A stretch of DNA of 19,670 bases from NCBI GenBank assembly GCA_030747675.1, contig JASLKH010000094.1, positions 1-19,670 of the forward strand, given 5' to 3'. Source of the stretch: Candidatus Thalassarchaeaceae archaeon. Its GTDB lineage: Archaea; Thermoplasmatota; Poseidoniia; Poseidoniales; Thalassarchaeaceae. The notes below the pieces were generated by a model. The model searched no databases. It saw only the letters and a program-made list of their open reading frames with translations, and was not told the DNA's origin. Shown here one piece after another: positions 8,848 through 16,257 of this stretch. The position numbers were made by a program, and so were the translations under genes. The first letter of the stretch is position 1, and the number at the start of each line of letters is the position of its first letter.

Positions 8848-10179
8848 ATGCAGAAAGATATCTTCATCGGAGAAGTCCAGAGTGGACACTATGACGGGCA
8901 GAAAATTGAACTGAAAGGATGGGTTAATCGCTCACGCGGTTCGAAGAAAATCTGGTTTATCGTTCTTAGAGACAGTACTGGGAGGATTCAATGTGTCGCC
9001 AAAAAAGATACGGTTGGTGAAGATATTTTTGATGCCCTTCGAGGTGCTTTAATCGAATCGAGTTTGATTATTCGAGGAATTGTCAATGTCGATGAACGCA
9101 GTGAAGGTGGCCATGAACTAGTGATTGAATCAGCCGAGGTTGTTGGGCCTGTGAATCCAGAATCACCATTTCCAATAACTGAAAGTGCAATGGAAAATGC
9201 AGATGGTGGGGAAACTGAATTCTTACTTGACAATAGGCATTTGTACTTGCGTACTGGAAGAATGACACAAATGCTGAAAATACGATCAAGTGTATTCGGC
9301 GCAATCCATTCATATTTCAGAGACAGAGATTTTACCGAATATCAGGCTCCCTGCTTTGTCGCGGGTGCTGTAGAAGGGGGTTCCACACTATTCGAAGTGC
9401 CGTATTTTGGAAGAAAGGCATATTTGACACAGTCGTGGCAACTATATGCAGAAGCTGCAATGCCTGCTTTAGAGAGATTGTACACTATTGCTCCATCCTT
9501 CCGTGCCGAAAAAAGTAGAACACGGAGACACCTTACTGAATTTTGGCATGCTGAAATGGAAATTGCATGGGGGGGGAACTCTGAAGTAATGCAGCATGGA
9601 GAAAACTTAGTTCGACATATTTCTCGCACATTGATAGATGAAAGAGAATCGGAATTGAGCAATCTGGGACGAGACCTTGATCTTATCGCACGGTATGCCG
9701 ACAACCCCTATCCACGGATGCGCTATGATGAGGCAATTGAAACCCTCCAAGGAATGGGTGTTGCTGTGGAATGGGGTCAAGATTTAGATTACTCAAAGGA
9801 AAAGGTACTAACTCAAGATTTTGAAGTCCCACACTTCCTCACTCACTATCCTAAAATCGCGAAACCGTTCTACCACAGACCTGATCCAGACGACCCGAAA
9901 TACGTCTTATGCCATGATTTGCTAGCACCAGAAGGATACGGTGAAATTATTGGAGGCGGCGAGAGGACATGGTCGGAAAAAGAAATTCTTGAACGCATAG
10001 ATGAAGAAAATACACCAAGGGAACCTTATGAATTTTATATTGATGTACGGAGGTACGGGGGGGTCCCTCATGGAGGGTTCGGACTTGGTGTTGATCGGGT
10101 TTGCTCTTGGCTATCTGGTGCTGACCACATTCGAGAAGTAATTCCATTCCCAAGGGATAGCCGAAGAGTTACGCCCTGA
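8848..10179 (+). CDS. asnS: Asparagine--tRNA ligase (class IIb, archaeal type)
   Basis: OB-fold FIVLRDSTGRIQCV; VEGGSTLFEVPYFGRKAYLTQS; motif 2 FRAEKSRTRRHLTEFWHAEME; GYGEIIGGGER; motif 3 PHGGFGLGVDR. Confidence 0.92.
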   Translation: MQKDIFIGEVQSGHYDGQKIELKGWVNRSRGSKKIWFIVLRDSTGRIQCVAKKDTVGEDIFDALRGALIESSLIIRGIVNVDERSEGGHELVIESAEVVGPVNPESPFPITESAMENADGGETEFLLDNRHLYLRTGRMTQMLKIRSSVFGAIHSYFRDRDFTEYQAPCFVAGAVEGGSTLFEVPYFGRKAYLTQSWQLYAEAAMPALERLYTIAPSFRAEKSRTRRHLTEFWHAEMEIAWGGNSEVMQHGENLVRHISRTLIDERESELSNLGRDLDLIARYADNPYPRMRYDEAIETLQGMGVAVEWGQDLDYSKEKVLTQDFEVPHFLTHYPKIAKPFYHRPDPDDPKYVLCHDLLAPEGYGEIIGGGERTWSEKEILERIDEENTPREPYEFYIDVRRYGGVPHGGFGLGVDRVCSWLSGADHIREVIPFPRDSRRVTP

Positions 10180-10188
10180 GGTGCAAGG

Positions 10189-10431
10189 ATGTGGGTCTGG
10201 TTCTGCATCACATTCATTCTCATTTTACTTGGCTTACTAATACGTCAGCGTTGGAAAGTAACTGCTGAATGGATTCGAAAAGAAAAGGAACTGTCGGAAG
10301 AAGAGTATGCCATGTGGTGCCGTGAGCAAGAACGGAAATCCGAAGCCTGGAGTGAGCGGATGAAAGGGGTTGAAACTGCATTCATCCTACTGCTCTCTGC
10401 CGCAATGCTAGGGCTTTGGTTCATGATTTAG
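10189..10431 (+). CDS. Small hypothetical membrane protein (2 TM, charged helical middle)
   Basis: SD GAGGTG just after the asnS stop; hydrophobic N- and C-terminal segments. Confidence 0.75.
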   Translation: MWVWFCITFILILLGLLIRQRWKVTAEWIRKEKELSEEEYAMWCREQERKSEAWSERMKGVETAFILLLSAAMLGLWFMI

Positions 10432-11258
10432 TCAACCGTTTTTGGCATACGATCAATTTGTTTCCCAAGTACATACAATATCATGCTTGCAGTTAGTGAG
10501 AAGACACCTACAAATGTGGCAACAAATGCTGCTAGGGCGACACCTATAGATACGCTGTCATGAGGGCCTCCAAATTCAATCAATTCTTGCGCCATTTCAA
10601 ACCCTAAAATAAAGAAAATGATACCTGGTACGCCAAACAAAAGTAATGGGTGTCTACTTTCAAGCATCCAATAAAAGAACTGTGCAAATCGACTTGCACT
10701 TGCCAAAGATTCCCTCGCAGGTGGCCCTTCTGGTGGATCTAGTTCGACTACTCTTAACTCGATTTCAGCCCCTAACGAACTAGGGACGTCATCGCAAGAT
10801 TGCTTGGCAATAGCAGCCAATCCTACTTTTGATGCACAAGCAAATTGAATATCTGCTTCGGAATAAGAGTAGGTATCTGATGAAAGTGGGGTGTCCAATC
10901 TAGATGATTCAACTCTCCTATTTTGGGTTCGATGTTTGAACGCAAGGAATACATCGTGCCCTTGTCGAGAAAGCCCAACTGTACGGGCCATGTCGGAAAG
11001 ACTCCAGCCAGAATCCAATGCTATAATCACTGTTCTTTCTTCACCAATTATTGAATCCGTGAGCAATCCGGCAATTGTTGGAGCGTCAGTTTCCCCGTGG
11101 TGAGGAATTACATCTGCACCACATTGCTCAGCAAGGACTCGAGTTTCGTCATCATCACCGAGGTTTATGACTGCGATTCTATCGCAAAAATCTCCGGCCC
11201 TGACTACCGCCGAAGAAATTCGCAAGGCCTGGTTTCGAACAATGATAACCAGTCTCAT
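10428..11258 (-). CDS. Degenerate GT2 (GT-A fold)-like membrane protein with 2 C-terminal TM helices
   Basis: The N-terminus follows the GT2 pattern (LVIIVRNQ...RIAVINLGDDDETRVLAEQCGADVIPH). The C-terminal HPLLLFGVPG plus two TM helices resemble archaeal membrane GT2 proteins. The DDGS and DxD acidic residues are altered. Confidence 0.7.
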   Translation of the reverse strand: MRLVIIVRNQALRISSAVVRAGDFCDRIAVINLGDDDETRVLAEQCGADVIPHHGETDAPTIAGLLTDSIIGEERTVIIALDSGWSLSDMARTVGLSRQGHDVFLAFKHRTQNRRVESSRLDTPLSSDTYSYSEADIQFACASKVGLAAIAKQSCDDVPSSLGAEIELRVVELDPPEGPPARESLASASRFAQFFYWMLESRHPLLLFGVPGIIFFILGFEMAQELIEFGGPHDSVSIGVALAAFVATFVGVFSLTASMILYVLGKQIDRMPKTVD

Positions 11259-11348
11259 ACGACCGCCTGAACCGGGCGCCGATTCAATGATTCGGTCGGA
11301 TAGGGTTCAAAACGCGACTTGAAGAACCTAGCGTGGGTAGCCAGAAAC

Positions 11349-12248
11349 ATGCATCCGGTCTGCGTAGTTATGCCGGCACGGAATGAAAGCAAACACATAG
11401 CAGCCAGTATTCATTCTATCCCAGATTCTGTAGACTGGATTTATGTCATAGATGATGGATCAACTGATGACACAGGTGCTATTGCTAGGGCTACATTGGG
11501 GGCCCGAGGTAGTGTTCTCCGAACGGAAGGGTTAGGGGTAGGAGGGGCTATCGCAAAGGGAAGTCAAGCTGTTTTAAATTTAGACCAGCGAGAGTGGATT
11601 GTTGTTGTAATGGCTGGAGACGGTCAAATGGATCCTAGTGATTTAACCACAATTATAGAACCCATTGAAAAAAAACGGGCAGATCATGTGAAGGGTAATC
11701 GATTCCTACACCCTGAAGGGGCAAATGGAATGCCATTTATTCGCAGATTAGGAACATGGTTATTATCAATATTAACTTCATTAGCAAGTGGCCGTAAATT
11801 CGGAGACACACAGTGTGGTTACACTGCAACATCCAGGGGGATGTTGGAAACATGGAATTGGACTGATACTTGGAAGGGGTATGGGTACCCCAATTGGTGG
11901 CTTATGGAAGCCAGTCGACTGGATTTCAAAATTGAAGAAGTGCCTGTCAAATCAATATATGCTGATGAGAAATCAGGGATAAATCTGTTCAAATTTCTTC
12001 CATCTGTTTCCTGGATGTTATGGAAGGGAGTTTGGAGACGAGGGTTTGACTGGTACGTTACTGGAAAAAAGTCATCACGAATTGTGCGATGGAGAGCCTG
12101 CACTCTTTGGTTCGGATCATGGTTAACCTTATTCTTGTCACTAAATTGGCCCTTGTTATTTGTCACAGTTCCAGTTACATTTACGCTCTTGACACACCTT
12201 GACCGTAAAGAGGCACATAGGAGAAAATCAGGAGGGTGGGCTGCTTGA
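11349..12248 (+). CDS. Glycosyltransferase family 2 (Dol-P-Man synthase-like) with C-terminal hydrophobic helices
   Basis: VVMPARNE, VIDDGSTDDT, GVGGAIAKG, MAGDGQMDP, VKGNRF and DTQCGYTA. ATG 11349 is preferred over TTG 11319. Confidence 0.9.
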   Translation: MHPVCVVMPARNESKHIAASIHSIPDSVDWIYVIDDGSTDDTGAIARATLGARGSVLRTEGLGVGGAIAKGSQAVLNLDQREWIVVVMAGDGQMDPSDLTTIIEPIEKKRADHVKGNRFLHPEGANGMPFIRRLGTWLLSILTSLASGRKFGDTQCGYTATSRGMLETWNWTDTWKGYGYPNWWLMEASRLDFKIEEVPVKSIYADEKSGINLFKFLPSVSWMLWKGVWRRGFDWYVTGKKSSRIVRWRACTLWFGSWLTLFLSLNWPLLFVTVPVTFTLLTHLDRKEAHRRKSGGWAA

Positions 12249-12643
12249 GTATAGATGATGTAAAATCGCTCTGGAAATGGGTTGGAAGTGGAGCGTTTCT
12301 GGCGAGTATGTGTTGTTTCCCCAGTGTACTACTAGCCGGTTTGGGGCTGATGTCAATTGGTGCAGCTGATGCCCTTTCAAAGAACATGTATTTCGGCCCA
12401 GCGCGGTGGATTTTGTATGGGATGGCTGCTATTTTGATCACTTTTGGTCTGATTCGCTACTTCAAAGGCCAAGGGATTTGTGATATAAATGAAGTGAAGC
12501 GACAAAGGAAGCGGATAATCAATACTGTGATGATTGCTATTTTTTCGACCATAGCAACTTATCTGATATTCAATTATGTAATTCTAGAACTACTGGGTAT
12601 AGCAGTAGGGTTGCCATGGGAAGAAGATGCATTTTGGAATTGA
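12245..12643 (+). CDS. MerT/MerF-like small heavy-metal transport membrane protein
   Basis: TM1 LASMCCFPSVLLAGLGL resembles MerT LASACCLGPLVLIALGF; three TM helices; loop Cys in GICD. A TTG start at 12245 (SD GGAGGG, TTGA overlap with the GT2 stop) is preferred over GTG 12236. Confidence 0.6.
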   Translation: MSIDDVKSLWKWVGSGAFLASMCCFPSVLLAGLGLMSIGAADALSKNMYFGPARWILYGMAAILITFGLIRYFKGQGICDINEVKRQRKRIINTVMIAIFSTIATYLIFNYVILELLGIAVGLPWEEDAFWN

Positions 12644-12666
12644 CATTATACAATGCCGAAATTGAG

Positions 12667-12740
12667 TGGACCCGCTCAGATTTGAACTGAGGTCTGATGC
12701 TCCCAAAGCATCGAGCATAGCCAAGCTAACCCACGGGTCC
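12667..12740 (-). tRNA. tRNA-Pro(TGG), intronless, CCA not encoded
   Basis: Reverse complement: acceptor GGACCCG/CGGGTCC with discriminator A; anticodon arm GATGC-TT-TGG-GA-GCATC; T arm CTCAG-TTCAAAT-CTGAG. Confidence 0.95.
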
Positions 12741-12777
12741 GTGAACTGGTCGCAGCAGCCATAACGGATGAAGGTTA

Positions 12778-13209
12778 TTACAACAACCGCCAGACTCCAG
12801 GCTCGATGAACAATAATTCTCCAGCCGCATTTGCCGCATCTAAAAAGTTCTCAGAGGTAATCTTCGAGCGCATCTGATCCAACACCATTTGAACCGATTC
12901 TAAAGTTACAATTCCTTCATTATCAGCCGCCAAGGACAGAACTCTTTCCCCATCTACATTTCTTGTTCTCGATGGGCGGAAATCCAATTCTGCGCTTTTG
13001 TCCATCCATTGCTGTAATTCATCACGGATTTCAGGAGGTGTGTTGTGCAATGTGACTGCCTTTTGAGCATCTTCTGGCTTATTGTGGCGTGAAATAATTT
13101 CATTTTCAGAATGGTTACAATGTAAACAACGGATATCTTTCGATCTCGAGGATTTACCATATGCCCTGCCGCAAGGAGTACACAGCCGAACAACCCATGT
13201 GGTCTCCAT
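12778..13209 (-). CDS. Zn-ribbon protein (DUF1922/DUF5817-like N-terminus) with a probable C-terminal winged helix
   Basis: VVRLCTPCG...RCLHCN (two CxxC), then a helix EDAQKAVTLHN; the C-terminal GELLFIEPGVWRLL looks like a wing. ATG 13209 is preferred over TTG 13257, which overlaps the upstream gene. Confidence 0.65.
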   Translation of the reverse strand: METTWVVRLCTPCGRAYGKSSRSKDIRCLHCNHSENEIISRHNKPEDAQKAVTLHNTPPEIRDELQQWMDKSAELDFRPSRTRNVDGERVLSLAADNEGIVTLESVQMVLDQMRSKITSENFLDAANAAGELLFIEPGVWRLL

Positions 13210-13246
13210 AATTCCATTCAGAACGCGGAGGTTATTGAGGAGTTGC

Positions 13247-13933
13247 TCAAAATCCAAAGTTAGTCTTACCTGAACCGCCTAGTCCAGTGGGGCCGCCGGC
13301 ACTCCCTCCAATTGAAGAAATTCCCAAATTCCGGGATCTTGTAGGTCCGCTTGAATCACCAATACTAAGGCTGTTTGGCAAAATCAAGGCTGCCAGAACT
13401 ACTCCATGAAACCCTTCTTGTGCTTCAATTTCATCAACAGCACATTCGAACATTGGTCGGCCATTTTCATCCTTCCTATATTCCAAATCACGGTTCTCTG
13501 CTTTACTTCTTAGGTTTAATTTCAAATCAACCTCACATTCTTCCATACTACCATTCTGTGAAAGTGTAGAAACAATTGCACATTCATCACCCTCTGGTGT
13601 AGTACAAAGTGCCCAAGCAACACCAGCAGAGGCTATTCCTTGGTTAAAAACTGTGGCCTTAGACAAGTGACATTCGACCAAACTACCCATCGGTAAGTCT
13701 TGAGGCAAACCCGGTTGAAAACCCATGGGCAACATTGCACCTTGTGCCTGAATTAAACGGGCATCTCCCAACCCCAATTCTACAAGTGCTTGATCCATTG
13801 CATGTTCTTCGTTGTCTCCGAATGGAGAAACCGCTGTCATCACCCACCCTGTAAGGCCCCCACTGAAGCCTTGCGGTGGTTTACTTCGAGCACTTCGGTT
13901 TGAACCCAAACCGGGTCCGACACTGAAATCCAT
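13247..13933 (-). CDS. Pyruvoyl-dependent arginine decarboxylase (PdaD)-fold protein, probably inactive, with Gly/Ser-rich tails
   Basis: AMDQALVELGLGDARLIQAQGAMLP aligns with PdaD AFDxALLxAGIGNVNLIRISSIMP, DLPMGSLV with KLPMGALV, IASAGVAWA with TISAAISVA, and GVVLAALIL with GCAFAAAAL. Confidence 0.75.
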   Translation of the reverse strand: MDFSVGPGLGSNRSARSKPPQGFSGGLTGWVMTAVSPFGDNEEHAMDQALVELGLGDARLIQAQGAMLPMGFQPGLPQDLPMGSLVECHLSKATVFNQGIASAGVAWALCTTPEGDECAIVSTLSQNGSMEECEVDLKLNLRSKAENRDLEYRKDENGRPMFECAVDEIEAQEGFHGVVLAALILPNSLSIGDSSGPTRSRNLGISSIGGSAGGPTGLGGSGKTNFGF

Positions 13934-13952
13934 GGTGGACCGAGGGGGGTTC

Positions 13953-13962
13953 GGTTCATCAA
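13953..13962. promoter_or_regulatory. Putative bidirectional TATA-like core (GG)TTCATCAA
   Basis: The 8-bp core 13955-13962 lies 21 nt from the minus-strand ATG (13933) and 22 nt from the plus-strand ATG (13985). Confidence 0.45.
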
Positions 13963-13984
13963 GGGCAGGGTAGAGGGGGGGAGC

Positions 13985-14266
13985 ATGGTCAACCCTCGTG
14001 CAACCGTACTTGGTGTCGTATTTACTTTGTTACTTGGGGCGAGTATATTCACAATTGCACGTGATGGTGGAGTCGATGTAACTGCATGGGCACTTCTAGG
14101 GCTAACTGTCGCATTCGCCGCCGCCACCGTAATCGCATTTTTTACTGAAGAAGAAAGAACTTCATTCCCCAAAGAAACCGGTAACCTCGCAATTTCACAT
14201 TCAAACAATGAATCGCAAAATCTGCCAAATCCCGAAGATGTCGGTTTTGACATCCCAATTTTATGA
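13985..14266 (+). CDS. Small hypothetical membrane protein (2 TM)
   Basis: Two hydrophobic helices and an acidic tail ending LPNPEDVGFDIPIL. Confidence 0.75.
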   Translation: MVNPRATVLGVVFTLLLGASIFTIARDGGVDVTAWALLGLTVAFAAATVIAFFTEEERTSFPKETGNLAISHSNNESQNLPNPEDVGFDIPIL

Positions 14267-16174
14267 TTAAAACAATCGTATTGTTTCAAGATTTTGCGGT
14301 GAGTGAGTTCGGACTTTGAAAGTCTTAGCGAGATCCTTCCTGAATTCAGCACATGTATGTGCATCACCATGGTGGCAAATTATTGTTCTAGGTTTGGGGT
14401 TCATTGCTTTGACATAATCCATCAACTGTCGGCGGTCCGAATGTCCACTGAAACCATCAATTGTAATTACATCACATTGTATAGGCACCATATGAGTATG
14501 CCCATCATCATTGATTGGGACCTCTGAGAATCCTTTCTGTAAGCGTCTCCCCAATGTCCCATCAGCTTGGTAACCGACGAAACAGAGTGTGTGATTCGGT
14601 TCAGGCGCCCAGTGCTTGAAATATTCAACAATTGGGCCGCCAGTCATCATCCCACTTGTTGCCAATACAATACAAGGTGAAGGGTCAAGGAGAATTGATT
14701 GTCTCTGATCTCGTGAAGAAACTTGCTTGAACCACGGGGAATTAAATGGATTGTCATCTCCACCTTTCAACACCTTCTTTCGCAAATCTCTGTTTAGCGC
14801 ATCGGGGTGGCTTGCATGAATTGCAGTTGCTTCCGAAATCATACCATCAATCCAAACTGTCACAGGTTCACAATCGCCGGATTTGAATAATTGATCTATT
14901 GCAATCATAACTTCTTGGGAACGCCCTACAGCAAACACTGGACAGAAGATTTTCCCTTTCCTAGAAAGGGCCCTTTGGACTAGGTCTTGCAACTCTTGAG
15001 TGGCTTCTTGGCGGGTCGGTTGGAAATCTTTTGCGCCTCCATATGTCGACTCCATAATCAAAGTTTCAACCCTTGGAAATCTTACTGCTGCTGCATCATA
15101 AAGCCATGATTTTTCGTATTTTATATCACCACTAAACACGATATTATGCTTGCCATCACCAACATGCATGTGAAGTGATGAGGAGCCGAGAATATGACCG
15201 GCGTTGTACATTGTAAGTTTAATATCAGGGGCAATGTCAATTGTCTTCCCCCAGTCCACATCTACGATGTGCTTGATTAATTCTTGAACATCGCCGAGAC
15301 TATAGGGTGGTGGATTTCCTTCTGCCCCTGCAACTTTGATGTAATCACTTTGCAGTAAAACCATCAAATCGCGAGTTGGTGGAGTGCAGTATACAGGTCC
15401 ACGATACCCATACTTGAACATCACTGGTAAAAGGCCAATGTGATCAATATGTGCATGCGTAATTACTATTGCATCTAAATTTTCGAAAGGGAGTAATTCA
15501 GGTGCATTGAAAAACGGCATTACTTCACTGAGATTTGTTGTCGGTTTGGCTCCGACGTCGACGATAATTTTTGACTCATTGGTTGTCACAAGGTGCATCG
15601 CTCGACCTACTTCTCGGTATGAACCAAGTGCTGTCAAACGACACCATGCAACGCCTGATCGTTGTGGGCGATAAATACGGGTGCCGAACTTTCGCATCAG
15701 CGCTTTCCGATCTTCGCCATTTTCCTGACGATAGCGCCGAATATTGTGCATTGTTGCACTCTCTATTGGAGATGCTCTTTCGGTGCGTACCTGCCATCCA
15801 GTTTCTGCTCTAATCTTTCGCACAGTAACACCCTTTGCACCCACGGCTTGTCCAGGGTCTGTGCAGACTACAGTGACCTCGGACACAGCACCATCAAAGT
15901 AGATTCTCTTAAGTCCAGCTTCATCAGGAATTATATCTCGAATAAATAATTCTGCATCCTTCATATCAATCAAAATATCTGCTGAGGGACGGATTTCAAC
16001 TCTACGTTTGATTGTTTTTGCTATTTTTGAGGCAAGGTTTTCCCCTCCTTCAAATCGTTCAGGAGTCGATGTCACAATTGCAATACTTGCTGCTTCAAGA
16101 TCAACTTCGTAATCAATATCTTTCGGCACCAAACTCTGGATTTTTTTCTTTACTTCTTGAAATGTCAGTCGCAT
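14267..16174 (-). CDS. fttA: aCPSF1 / FttA beta-CASP ribonuclease with N-terminal KH domains (archaeal transcription termination factor)
   Basis: N-terminal KH region (DPGQAVGAKGVTVRKI); MBL motifs LGSYREVGR, THAHIDHIG, AGHILGS, FSGD and ESTYG; beta-CASP AVGRSQE, FSGHSD and HGD; 635 aa; SD GTGAGGAGG; lies downstream of psmB. Confidence 0.95.
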   Translation of the reverse strand: MRLTFQEVKKKIQSLVPKDIDYEVDLEAASIAIVTSTPERFEGGENLASKIAKTIKRRVEIRPSADILIDMKDAELFIRDIIPDEAGLKRIYFDGAVSEVTVVCTDPGQAVGAKGVTVRKIRAETGWQVRTERASPIESATMHNIRRYRQENGEDRKALMRKFGTRIYRPQRSGVAWCRLTALGSYREVGRAMHLVTTNESKIIVDVGAKPTTNLSEVMPFFNAPELLPFENLDAIVITHAHIDHIGLLPVMFKYGYRGPVYCTPPTRDLMVLLQSDYIKVAGAEGNPPPYSLGDVQELIKHIVDVDWGKTIDIAPDIKLTMYNAGHILGSSSLHMHVGDGKHNIVFSGDIKYEKSWLYDAAAVRFPRVETLIMESTYGGAKDFQPTRQEATQELQDLVQRALSRKGKIFCPVFAVGRSQEVMIAIDQLFKSGDCEPVTVWIDGMISEATAIHASHPDALNRDLRKKVLKGGDDNPFNSPWFKQVSSRDQRQSILLDPSPCIVLATSGMMTGGPIVEYFKHWAPEPNHTLCFVGYQADGTLGRRLQKGFSEVPINDDGHTHMVPIQCDVITIDGFSGHSDRRQLMDYVKAMNPKPRTIICHHGDAHTCAEFRKDLAKTFKVRTHSPQNLETIRLF

Positions 16175-16257
16175 ATTGCAACCTCCTCACCCGTGCATAC
16201 ACGCATCACTCAAAACGTCCAATGGACGTGAGGACGGCGCGAGCGCCGGGATTTTGA
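16175..16257 (-). promoter_or_regulatory. Structured psmB-aCPSF1 intergenic leader
   Basis: Hairpins GGCGC-UC-GCGCC and ACGUCC-AUU-GGACGU followed by UUUG; UCCUCAC is complementary to the SD region GUGAGGA. Confidence 0.45.

Noticed and set aside
10189-12666. GT2/MerT-like block as an island integrated at the tRNA-Pro 3' end
   Set aside because: I saw no integrase, no duplicated tRNA 3' fragment and no obvious compositional shift.
13260-13290. Walker A-like GLGGSGKT in the PdaD-like protein, and a possible frameshift fusion to the next ORF
   Set aside because: It sits in a Gly-rich tail four residues from the stop, with no preceding hydrophobic strand and no Walker B. The downstream ORF is a Zn ribbon, not an NTPase remainder.
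13840-14370. 176-aa minus-strand ORF, and similar shadows (6844..7344, 8079..8465, 9342..9704, 11819..12166)
   Set aside because: They overlap better-supported genes and show no family motifs.
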